Assembly: GCA_036229005.1 (NCBI GenBank) | Contig: JAZAMN010000071.1 | Coordinates: forward strand, 64,001-128,000 | Direction: 5' to 3' | Length of the DNA: 64,000 nt | From: Myxococcota bacterium | GTDB taxonomy: Bacteria; Myxococcota_A; UBA796; CAJQPC01 | Part shown: in pieces, positions 47,327-55,669 of the stretch | How the letters are laid out: the number at the start of each line of letters is the position of its first letter | Numbering within the stretch: position 1 is the first letter of the stretch | Made by a program: the position numbers and the translations under genes | Notes under the pieces: generated by a model | What the model saw: the letters and a program-made list of their open reading frames with translations, nothing else | What the model was told of the DNA's origin: nothing | Databases searched by the model: none

Positions 47327-49846
47327 ATGTCCACCGACAGCCGCCACGACTCGAAGACCCTGCCTCTGCCGGCAGGCTCCTCCCTCCCGCAGGGGGGCCC
47401 GGTCGCCCTGGACGCCATCGCTGGCATCTCCCCGGACCTCCCCCGCCTGGGGCCCTTCCCCGTCCTGGGAGAGCTCGGGGCGGGCGGCATGGGCCAGGTC
47501 TTCCGGGTGCTGGACCCCTACCTGAACCGGCCCATGGCCATGAAGGTCCTGCTGGAGCAGTGGACAGGCGACCCGCTGGTGTCCTCCCGCTTCATCGAGG
47601 AGGCCCAGGCCACCGCCCAGCTCCAGCACCCCGGCATCGTCCCCGTCCACCAGCTCGGCCAGCTCCCGGACGGCCGCTGGTACTTCACCATGCAGGAGGT
47701 CCAGGGCCGCACCCTCAAGGAGGTCATCACCCATGTGCACGCGGCCTCCTTCGAGCGCTGGACCCCCACGGAAGACGGCTGGACCTTCAGGCGCCTGGTG
47801 GACGCCTTCCACAAGGTCTGCGAGGCCGTCGCCTACGCCCACGCCCGCGGCGTGGTGCACCGGGACCTCAAGCCCAGCAACGTGCTGCTGGGCGAGCTCG
47901 GTCAGGTGCTGGTGGTGGACTGGGGCATCGCCAAGGTCATGGGCCGCCCCGATCTGGCCACGGTCACCGGCGCGCTGCGGGAGCCGGTGCGCACCTCACG
48001 GGCCGGCGACACCCTGCCCGGACTGGTGGCCGGCACCCCCGCCTTCATGCCCCCCGAGCAGGCCCGCGGCGAGCTGGACCGCGTAGACCAGCGCTCGGAC
48101 GTCTACAGCCTGGGGGCCATCCTCTTCCAGCTCTTGTGGGGGCACCGTCCCTACAAGGAGGTCACCCCCGACAAGGTGCTCTCCGCTGTGCTCCGGGGGC
48201 CGCCCCGCACCCCCGTCGACAGCGTCCCCACCCGCCCGCAGGAGCTGCGCCGCATCTGCGCCCGGGCCATGAGCCGCGATCGGGAGGACCGCTACGCCAA
48301 CGGCCAGAAGCTCGCCGACGCCGTGCAGTCCTGGCTGGACGGCTCCCGCCTGCGCGAGCAGGCCCGCGAGGAGGTCGACGGCGCCCGCACCCTGAACCGG
48401 GAGGCCGCCGAGCTCCAGCACCAGGCCGCCACCATCCGGCGCCGGGCCGACCGGGCGCTGACCCGCCTGGCGCCCTGGGCCAGCGAGCAGGAGAAGGCCC
48501 CCGCGTGGGCCCAGAGGGAGCTCGCCCAGGTCCTGGAGCAGACCGCCCGCGCCCGCCTGGTCGAGGCCCAGTCCAGGCTTCAGGGCGCGCTGGCCTACGC
48601 CCCCGACCTGCCCGAGGCCCACGCCGCGCTGGCCTCCCTGCACCGCCGCCGCCACGAGGAGGCCGAGGCCAGCCGGGACGACACCGAGGCCCTGCGCGCC
48701 GAGGCCCTGCTGCGCGCCCACGCGCTCGCTCTGCCGATGTCCTCGCCGGTGCGGGCCGGTCACGAGGCGTACTTGAGGGGCGACGGGCGGCTGACGTTGC
48801 ACACAGATCCCGCGGGGGCCCAGGTCCGCCTCTACCGCTATGAGATGCACCGACAGCGCCTGGTCCCGGTGTTCGCACGCGAGCTGGGACGCACCCCTCT
48901 GGATGGCGTCACCTTGCCCCAGGGGAGCTGGCTGCTGGAGCTGCAACACCCCGAGCGCGCGACCGTGCGCTACCCCGTGAACATCGCCCGCCAGGAGCAC
49001 TGGGACGGCGTGCCACCCGGTTGGGAGCAGCCGATGCCCGTGCACCTGCCCCACCCCGACGCCCTGGGCGCCGACGAGTGCTACGTGCCCGCCGGCTGGA
49101 CCTGGGTGGGCGGGGATCCGGACGCGCGCGCCAGCGGTCCCCGGCAGCGGGTCTGGCAGGACGGCTTCGCGATCTCCCGCCACCCTGTCACCAACGCCCA
49201 GTACATCGCCTTCCTGGAGGATCTGGTCGCCCAGGGGCGCGAGCAGGAGGCGCTCCGGTACGTGCCCCGAGAGCGCGCCGGCGCCCACGGCTCCATGGGC
49301 AGCCAGATCTACGCCCGCACCCCCACCGGCGGCTTCACCCTGCGGGCCGACGCGGACGGAGACCTCTGGCGCCCCCAGTGGCCCGTGCTGATGATCGACT
49401 GGTACGGCGCCCGCGCCTACGCCCGCTGGCGCGCTGTGCGGGAGTCCAGGAGCTGGCGCCTGCCCATGACCGACGAATGGAGCAAGGCCGCCCGGGGCGT
49501 GGACGGGCGCTTCTTCCCCTGGGGCGACCACTTCGACCCCTCCTGGTGCGCCATGCGCGACTCCCAGCCCAAGGGCCAGCTCCGCCCCGTCCCCGTGGGC
49601 ACCTTCAGCGTGGACGAGAGCGTCTACGGCGTCCGCGACCTGGCCGGCAACGCCAAGGACTGGTGCCTGGAAGCCCGCCGCGAGCGCCGCGTGGTGCGGG
49701 GCGGACACTGGCAGGCGGACGGCCAATACGCGCGCTGCGCCACCACCGGCGAGGAGGACCCCCACTACCGGGCGGGGCACATCGGCTTCCGGCTGGCGCG
49801 TCCCTTCCCCGCACTGCTGCCGTCTGGGGGCCCCGAAAGGCGCTAA
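47327..49846 (+). CDS. Ser/Thr kinase fused to a PEGA-like and formylglycine-generating enzyme (SUMF1) domain
   Basis: GAGGMG, HRDLKPSN, DWG and FMPPEQ; PVTNAQY, RLP..EW.KAARG, DLAGNAKDW and GFRLAR. Confidence 0.92.
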   Translation: MSTDSRHDSKTLPLPAGSSLPQGGPVALDAIAGISPDLPRLGPFPVLGELGAGGMGQVFRVLDPYLNRPMAMKVLLEQWTGDPLVSSRFIEEAQATAQLQHPGIVPVHQLGQLPDGRWYFTMQEVQGRTLKEVITHVHAASFERWTPTEDGWTFRRLVDAFHKVCEAVAYAHARGVVHRDLKPSNVLLGELGQVLVVDWGIAKVMGRPDLATVTGALREPVRTSRAGDTLPGLVAGTPAFMPPEQARGELDRVDQRSDVYSLGAILFQLLWGHRPYKEVTPDKVLSAVLRGPPRTPVDSVPTRPQELRRICARAMSRDREDRYANGQKLADAVQSWLDGSRLREQAREEVDGARTLNREAAELQHQAATIRRRADRALTRLAPWASEQEKAPAWAQRELAQVLEQTARARLVEAQSRLQGALAYAPDLPEAHAALASLHRRRHEEAEASRDDTEALRAEALLRAHALALPMSSPVRAGHEAYLRGDGRLTLHTDPAGAQVRLYRYEMHRQRLVPVFARELGRTPLDGVTLPQGSWLLELQHPERATVRYPVNIARQEHWDGVPPGWEQPMPVHLPHPDALGADECYVPAGWTWVGGDPDARASGPRQRVWQDGFAISRHPVTNAQYIAFLEDLVAQGREQEALRYVPRERAGAHGSMGSQIYARTPTGGFTLRADADGDLWRPQWPVLMIDWYGARAYARWRAVRESRSWRLPMTDEWSKAARGVDGRFFPWGDHFDPSWCAMRDSQPKGQLRPVPVGTFSVDESVYGVRDLAGNAKDWCLEARRERRVVRGGHWQADGQYARCATTGEEDPHYRAGHIGFRLARPFPALLPSGGPERR

Positions 49847-49868
49847 GCTGAGGTGGCTGGGAGGCACA

Positions 49869-50528
49869 ATGAGCACCTTCATCCTCACCCTCACCGCCCT
49901 GTTGGCCTGCTTCGGCGCCAGGCAGCGCGTGGATGACACCGAGGACACCCGCGTGGAGGCCGACGCGGACACCGACGCCGACTCCGACAGCGACTCGGAC
50001 GCCGACAGCGACTCCGACGCCGACAGCGACGCCGACGCGGACACCGACCCCATCTCGGACCCCTGGGAGGGCCTCAGCGCGGACTCCGGGTGCGACGAGG
50101 TCAGCGGCCAGGAGGTCCCCGGGGCCACCTCCTACTTCTGGGGGGACTTCGAGCTCGGCGGCGACCAGAGCGTCAGCGGGACCGAGGGCTGGCTGCTGCT
50201 GGCCAACACCGGCTGGATCGCCAACGGCGGCAGCGACTGCCAGGTGGTCTGGAACGCCACCGGCACCCAGGGCGACGCCACCGCCATGTGCGCGAGCTGC
50301 GACTACAGCCTGAGCCTGTCCATGCAGGTGGACGCCGCCGCCACGACCTGCCCCGAGGGCATCTACGAAGGCGACGAGAGCTTCTCCGTCACCTACAACG
50401 TGGACGCAGACGGTGACCAGACCACCTACTACTTCGCCAGCTCGGGCGGCACCCTGGGCGCGGGCCAGACCGACGAGGTCCGGACCACCTACACCAGCGC
50501 CTCCAAGTGCGTCTACTGGGGTCGCTGA
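49869..50528 (+). CDS. Lipoprotein with DADTDSD linker and Cys-containing domain
   Basis: GGAGG RBS, LLAC lipobox, acidic repeat. Confidence 0.8.
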   Translation: MSTFILTLTALLACFGARQRVDDTEDTRVEADADTDADSDSDSDADSDSDADSDADADTDPISDPWEGLSADSGCDEVSGQEVPGATSYFWGDFELGGDQSVSGTEGWLLLANTGWIANGGSDCQVVWNATGTQGDATAMCASCDYSLSLSMQVDAAATTCPEGIYEGDESFSVTYNVDADGDQTTYYFASSGGTLGAGQTDEVRTTYTSASKCVYWGR

Positions 50529-50696
50529 GCGCCCAGCCCGCCCGGAGGCTCCAGGGCCCCGCCCCCGAGGCCACGCCGAAGATCCAGGTCTGCTCGACGA
50601 TCTCAGGGTCGTGACCACGGGGAGGGCCCTGCCCCCTGCAAGTGTTTCGCCCCAACCCAAGTGTTAAGCCTCCCCCGCACCGAACGGCCCCCCGAC

Positions 50697-51461
50697 ATGC
50701 TCGAAATCGTCCAGATCCCGGTTTGGCAGGACAACTACGCCTACCTGATCCGCTGCCCCAGCTCCGGCGTGGTGGCGCTGGTGGACAGCCCGGAGGCGGC
50801 GCCGATCCTCCAGGCGCTCAAGGCCCGCGGCTGGACCCTGGACCTGATCCTGAACACCCACCACCACCCCGACCACATCGGGGCGAACCTGGCCCTCAAG
50901 GAGGCCACCGGGTGCAGCATCCTGGGCCCTGAGCTCGACCGCAAGCGCATCCCCGGCATCGACCGCGGCCTCCAGGACGGCGACGCCCTGGCGGTGGGCG
51001 AGGCCAAGGGCCAGGTGCTCTTCGTGCCCGGCCACACCCGCGGCCACATCGCCTTCCACTTCCCCGACAGCAAGGCCCTGTTCATCGGCGACACCCTGTT
51101 CGTCGCGGGCTGCGGCCGCCTCTTCGAGGGCACCCCCGAGCAGCTCTGGGCCAGCTTCGAGCGCGTCAAGGCCCTGCCGCCCAAGACCCAGCTCTTCTGC
51201 GCGCACGAATACACCCTCTCCAACCTGCGCTTCGCCCTGCACGTGGACCCCGAGAACCTGGAGCTCGCGGCGCTGCAGACCCAGGCCAAAGCCCTGCGTG
51301 AGCAAGGCCAGCCCACCGTCCCCAGCACCCTGGCCCAGGAGCTCGCCACCAACCCCTTCCTGCGCGCGGACCAGCCCCAGCTCGCCGCCGCCGTGGGCCT
51401 GGAGGGCCAGCCCGCCCACCGCGTGTTGGGGGCCCTCCGCGCCCTCAAGGACCGCTTCTGA
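50697..51461 (+). CDS. gloB: Hydroxyacylglutathione hydrolase (glyoxalase II)
   Basis: DNYAY, THHHPDHIG, PGHTRGH, GDTLF..GCGRLFEG, CAHEYT and NPFLR motifs. Confidence 0.93.
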   Translation: MLEIVQIPVWQDNYAYLIRCPSSGVVALVDSPEAAPILQALKARGWTLDLILNTHHHPDHIGANLALKEATGCSILGPELDRKRIPGIDRGLQDGDALAVGEAKGQVLFVPGHTRGHIAFHFPDSKALFIGDTLFVAGCGRLFEGTPEQLWASFERVKALPPKTQLFCAHEYTLSNLRFALHVDPENLELAALQTQAKALREQGQPTVPSTLAQELATNPFLRADQPQLAAAVGLEGQPAHRVLGALRALKDRF

Positions 51462-52282
51462 AGGTCCACCGGCTGAGCGTCCGGGGCCGCCAGGTCCTCC
51501 TCCGCGAGCAAGGCCAGGGCGCCCCGCTGCTGCTCCTGCACGGCGTGCCCACCTCGTCTCTGCTCTACCGCAACTGCATGGGCCCCCTCGCGGACGCCGG
51601 GGTGCGTGCGCTGGCCCCCGACCTGCCCGGCTACGGCGCCTCCGAGCACATCGACCATGATCTGAGCGTCGACGCCCACCTGGACTGGCTGGAGGCGCTA
51701 CTCGATGACCTCGCCTGCGGGCCGGTGCATGTGGCGGGTGTGGATCTGGGCGGGTTGCTGGCGGTGGGCCTGACTTTGCGCGGCCGGACGCGATCCCTCT
51801 CCCTCACCAGCACCGCCATCGGACCGGGCTGGATGCCGGCACAGCTCACCGCGATGCCCGGCCTGGAGCTCTTCTTCTACCGGCTCTACGGCGGGCGCCT
51901 CTGGCTGCGTCAAGGCGTCGCCCCGGAACGCGTCCCCGCCCTGTTGGCCCTCCACAGCCCCCGCCTGGAGTCCGACCCCCAGTTCACCGAGCGCATGCGC
52001 CGCACCGCCCTGGCCTTCTCCTGGCGCCACTGGGCCCGCTGGCCCCAAGCACTGGCCGCCAGCCCCGTCCCAAAGCAGCTCATCTGGGGCAGCGAGGACC
52101 GCTTCTTCAGACCCTGGGTCGCCCAGCGCATCGCGGCGTCTCTGGGCTGTCCGCTCCACTGGGTCCAAGGGGGCCGGCACCACCTGCCATTCGGTCGGCC
52201 CACCGCCTGGACCCAGCAGGTGCTCGCGCTCATCCGCGATCTCCCCGCCAGCGAGGTCACCAGGGCCCAGACCACCCCCTGA
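51458..52282 (+). CDS. Alpha/beta hydrolase (haloalkane dehalogenase/epoxide hydrolase-like); probable CTG start
   Basis: GQGAPLLLLHGVPTSS, PDLPGYGAS and GVDLGG motifs; homology-like sequence extends upstream of the ORF-track GTG to a CTGA overlap with the gloB stop. Confidence 0.8.
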   Translation: MKVHRLSVRGRQVLLREQGQGAPLLLLHGVPTSSLLYRNCMGPLADAGVRALAPDLPGYGASEHIDHDLSVDAHLDWLEALLDDLACGPVHVAGVDLGGLLAVGLTLRGRTRSLSLTSTAIGPGWMPAQLTAMPGLELFFYRLYGGRLWLRQGVAPERVPALLALHSPRLESDPQFTERMRRTALAFSWRHWARWPQALAASPVPKQLIWGSEDRFFRPWVAQRIAASLGCPLHWVQGGRHHLPFGRPTAWTQQVLALIRDLPASEVTRAQTTP

Positions 52283-52286
52283 AGGA

Positions 52287-52320
52287 GAAAACCTCCGCCT
52301 GGAAAATCCCAAGCGGAGGT
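52287..52320 (-). terminator. Intrinsic terminator on the minus strand
   Basis: Minus strand ACCTCCGCTTGG-GATTTT-CCAGGCGGAGGT followed by TTTCT; both flanking CDS are on the plus strand. Confidence 0.75.
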
Positions 52321-52454
52321 GCGGTCGTCTGGGAGTCTTTGGGGACCCGTCTCCAGGTCCAGCGGGCACCGAATCGCTGCCGACACCGGGGAATTCCGAT
52401 GCCGGATCCCCAGGGCCTCTCTTCCCTGGGACCCAAGTCATCCCTGACTTGCGA
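52287..52454 (-). ncRNA. Candidate sigma54-dependent multi-hairpin small RNA
   Basis: Bounded by a perfect -24/-12 promoter and a minus-strand terminator; five local hairpins, several with G-U pairs favouring the minus strand; no ORF closes before the terminator. Confidence 0.65.
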
Positions 52455-52464
52455 AATCCATAAG

Positions 52465-52480
52465 AGCAAGGCCCGTGCCA
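52465..52480 (-). promoter_or_regulatory. Sigma54 (-24/-12) promoter
   Basis: Minus strand TGGCACG-GGCC-TTGCT, an exact consensus match. Confidence 0.75.
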
Positions 52481-52520
52481 ACTCGGTGACGCCCAGAACA
52501 GGGGCTCTGCGGGCAGCGCG

Positions 52521-52540
52521 CTGAGACAAGTTTGTCCCAG
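52521..52540. promoter_or_regulatory. Candidate enhancer-binding-protein site
   Basis: CTGAGACAAGTTTGTCCCAG, 16/20 palindromic, centred ~76 bp upstream of the predicted sigma54 TSS. Confidence 0.45.
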
Positions 52541-52605
52541 TGGGGGATTCAGATCCCGGCCTTCAAGCCCCCCCGAGATGATCCGTTGTGGCGGGTGGAG
52601 GTTGC

Positions 52606-53595
52606 ATGGAAGCCCTGGCTCAAGACCTGCGCGCCGAGATCTGCGCCCTGCTGGCGCAAGGACCGGCCGATCTGCGCGGGCTGGACCTGGTGCGCGCGGA
52701 CCTCTCGGGGCTGGACCTGTCTGGCTGCGACCTCCGGGGCCAGGACCTGTCGCAGGCCACCCTGCGCGGCGCGCGGCTGATCAAGGCCCAGCTCCAGGAC
52801 GCCGTGTTCTTTGAGGCCGACCTGCAAGAGGCGGAGCTGCTGGGGGCCGACCTGAGCGGCGCGGATCTGCACCAGTGCAGCGCGGCCCGGGCGGGCTTCG
52901 GCCAGGCGAACCTGCGTGAGGCGGACCTGTCGGGGGGCGACTTCTCGAACGCCAGCTTCTCGGGGGCGGACCTGGAGCAAGCGACGATGAGCGGGGCCGA
53001 GCTCAAGGGTGCCCGGATGGTCGAGACCCGGCTGGCCCACGCCGACTGCAGCCGGGTGGACTTCGAGGGGGCCGACCTGAGCCGCAGCGAGGTCAGGGAC
53101 GCCCGCTTCCGCGAGGCCGACATGCGCCGCGTCCGCTTCACGGGCGTGCGCGGCTACGAGGAGGCCGACTGGATCCTGGTGGACATCCGCCAGGCCGACT
53201 GGCGCGGCGCGGCGCTGATGTGGCGGCACATCCTGGACGAGAACTACCTGTGGGAGTTCAAGCACCGCTCCGACAGCCACCACGCCACCTACATGATCTG
53301 GAAGCTGACCTCGGACTGCGGACGACGGCCGCTGCTGTGGGGGCTGTGGACGGCGTTCATCGCGGTGGTGTTCGCGGGGATCTACGAGGGGCTGGCCATC
53401 GACTACGGCGCCCACGAAGCGCCCCTGTCCAGCCTCTACTTCTCGATCGTGACCCTCACGACCCTGGGCTTTGGGGACGTACTCCCCGCCGACGGCTGGG
53501 CCCAGGCCGCCGTCCTGGCCGAGGTCGTGCTGGGCTACGTGATGCTGGGCGGCCTGCTGAGCATCTTCGCCAACAAGATGGCCAGGAGGGCCTGA
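52606..53595 (+). CDS. Pentapeptide-repeat protein with C-terminal two-TM K+ channel domain
   Basis: A(D/N)LxG repeats; SLYFSIVTLTTLGFGD selectivity filter. Confidence 0.9.
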   Translation: MEALAQDLRAEICALLAQGPADLRGLDLVRADLSGLDLSGCDLRGQDLSQATLRGARLIKAQLQDAVFFEADLQEAELLGADLSGADLHQCSAARAGFGQANLREADLSGGDFSNASFSGADLEQATMSGAELKGARMVETRLAHADCSRVDFEGADLSRSEVRDARFREADMRRVRFTGVRGYEEADWILVDIRQADWRGAALMWRHILDENYLWEFKHRSDSHHATYMIWKLTSDCGRRPLLWGLWTAFIAVVFAGIYEGLAIDYGAHEAPLSSLYFSIVTLTTLGFGDVLPADGWAQAAVLAEVVLGYVMLGGLLSIFANKMARRA

Positions 53596-54422
53596 TGTTC
53601 GCCGCGCTGCGCAAGACCCTGTTCGGGGACCCCCGCGAGAAGCTGCTGGATGCCCTGGGTGAGGCCCCCATGCCCACCTTTCCCCAGGTCGCCAACGCGG
53701 CCCTGGACAAGCTGCGGGACCCGACCAGCAGCCTGCGGGACGTGGGCCTGATCCTGGAGCAGGACCCGGGCCTGAGCATCCGCCTGCTCAAGACGGTGAA
53801 CTCCCCGGCCTTCGGCCTGCGGCGGCCCTGCACCTCGGTGGCCCATGCGGCCTCGTTGATGGGGCGGGCCCAGCTCGAGTCCATGGTGCTGGCCGTCGCG
53901 GTCAACGCCGCGACCCCCAAGAAGGCCCCGGGCTTCAACCGTCAGCAGTTCTGGCAGGCGGCCGCCCAGCGCGCGGCGGTGGCCCGCTCGATCGCCGCCG
54001 CGATCTCCCCGCGCTTTGCCAGTGAGGCCTTCACGGCGGGCCTGCTGCAGGACATGGCCGTCCCCCTGCTGGCGGCGCGGCGCAGCGACTACGCCCCGGT
54101 GCTGGAGGCCTGGCGCGGCGGCGAGGGCAGCCTGGACGCGCTGGAGCAACAGGCCTTTGGCTGGGACCACGCCGAGATCGGCGGCCTGCTCGGCGAGCGC
54201 TGGGAGTTCCCGGCCGGGCTCAAGGCGGCGGTGTCCGACCACCACGGCGTGGACGCAGATCCCGCGGTCGGCGTGGTGGCGCTGATCGGCGAAGACGGGG
54301 TGGACTCGGAGAAGGTGATCGAGCAGGCCCACGCGCGCTTCGGGCTGGCCCACGACGTGGTGGACAAGGCCATCCAGGAGGGCTCCGAGCAGGCCCAGAC
54401 CCTGTCGGCCCTGTGGACCTGA
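53595..54422 (+). CDS. HDOD domain protein
   Basis: PTFPQV, DPGLSIRLLKTVNSPAFG, AGLLQDMA and DHAEIG..RWEFP motifs. Confidence 0.9.
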   Translation: MFAALRKTLFGDPREKLLDALGEAPMPTFPQVANAALDKLRDPTSSLRDVGLILEQDPGLSIRLLKTVNSPAFGLRRPCTSVAHAASLMGRAQLESMVLAVAVNAATPKKAPGFNRQQFWQAAAQRAAVARSIAAAISPRFASEAFTAGLLQDMAVPLLAARRSDYAPVLEAWRGGEGSLDALEQQAFGWDHAEIGGLLGERWEFPAGLKAAVSDHHGVDADPAVGVVALIGEDGVDSEKVIEQAHARFGLAHDVVDKAIQEGSEQAQTLSALWT

Positions 54423-54450
54423 GCCCCCGCTGAGGGCATAGACTGGGGGC

Positions 54451-55644
54451 ATGAGCGCGCCCCGTCCCTGCCCCCAGTGCCAGCGGCCAAACGCCCCCCA
54501 CCGGGTGAGCTGCCTGTACTGCGGGCAGGTCATGCCCAACCCCACCGCCGCCCCCCCAGCCCGCCGGGAGGGGATCTCCAAGGAGCTGGACCGCGCCCTG
54601 GAGAAGGCCCTGCGCGGCGGCAACCTGGCCCAGGTGGAGCAGGTGCTGGGCCAGGTGGGCCGCGCCCGCCAGAGCCCGGAGAGCGAGGCCCCGGTCCCCC
54701 GCCCGGTGCTGGCCTACGAGCGCCCTGAGCCCCAGCCCAGCCTGGACCCGGAGGCCGCATTCGCCGAGCTGCTGCAGGCCCTCACCCAGGCCCAGGGCCA
54801 GTGGCAGGAGGACCCCCAAGCCGCCCTGGAGCAGCTCTCCGCGGCCGGCGCGACCCTGTCCGGGCTCCAGACCGCGCTCCAGGCCCTGCCCGCCCCCCGC
54901 CCCATCGCGCTGCCCCCCTTCCGCCTGCCCTGGGCGCTGGTGATCGACCCGCCGGCAGACCCGGAGACCGCACACCGCCTGGCCACCTGCCTGCGCCTGG
55001 ACCTGGCCACCGCCCGGATGCTCGCCCGCGCACCCCACACCCGCGTGGCCATGCGCTCGCGGGACCGCGCCGACCTGGAGCAGCGCGCCGCGGCCTACAC
55101 CCAGGACACCGGCCGCCCCGCCAATGTGGTGGACGCCGACACCCTGCGCGCCTGCGGCCGCCCCCTCACCGCCCTGGAGATCCGCCAGGACGCCTGGGTG
55201 CTGGCCAAGGGGGAGCAGTGGGCGCAGGAGCCCGAGCAGGTCAGCGTGTCCTCGGGCCGGCCCCAGATTCCCCCGATGATCCGGCTGGTCGTGCCTGGAG
55301 AGGTGCGGGTCCAAGCGTTCAGGGCCCGAGGTCCCGACCTCCCCCCCTCCCCCCTGGGAGAGCGCGCGCTGCAGGTGGTGGATCTGCACGGCCCCGACGC
55401 CTTCGTGCGGGTGGTGGCCGGCATCTCGCAGCTCCCCGCCCCCGGCGACTCCGCGATCCGCGCCCTGCGGGCCTGGCTGGACCAGTGGGCCGAAGACCCC
55501 CAGGTGCGCGTGCTGGGCGCCCGCAGCTTCACCCCCGGCGAGCCCCCCGCACCCCAGAGCGACGACGGCCAGACCCTGGAGGCCAGCGGCTGGCCCCAGT
55601 TCGAAGAGCACAGCCGCGCCGCCCGCCTGCTGCTGCTCGGTTAG
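54451..55644 (+). CDS. Hypothetical protein with N-terminal zinc ribbon
   Basis: CPQCQRPN..CLYCG; TAGACT box 6 nt before the ATG. Confidence 0.7.
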   Translation: MSAPRPCPQCQRPNAPHRVSCLYCGQVMPNPTAAPPARREGISKELDRALEKALRGGNLAQVEQVLGQVGRARQSPESEAPVPRPVLAYERPEPQPSLDPEAAFAELLQALTQAQGQWQEDPQAALEQLSAAGATLSGLQTALQALPAPRPIALPPFRLPWALVIDPPADPETAHRLATCLRLDLATARMLARAPHTRVAMRSRDRADLEQRAAAYTQDTGRPANVVDADTLRACGRPLTALEIRQDAWVLAKGEQWAQEPEQVSVSSGRPQIPPMIRLVVPGEVRVQAFRARGPDLPPSPLGERALQVVDLHGPDAFVRVVAGISQLPAPGDSAIRALRAWLDQWAEDPQVRVLGARSFTPGEPPAPQSDDGQTLEASGWPQFEEHSRAARLLLLG

Positions 55645-55669
55645 GGCCCTCTCCCGCCTGGGAGCGTGA

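Noticed and set aside
52287..52510. Identification as tmRNA, SRP RNA, RNase P RNA or retron msr-msd
   Set aside because: No tRNA-like CCA end, SRP motif or RNase P P4 signature; no reverse transcriptase nearby.
52257..52529. 90-aa and 247-aa minus-strand ORFs across the sRNA region
   Set aside because: They run through the terminator into an opposite-strand gene and have no recognisable motifs.
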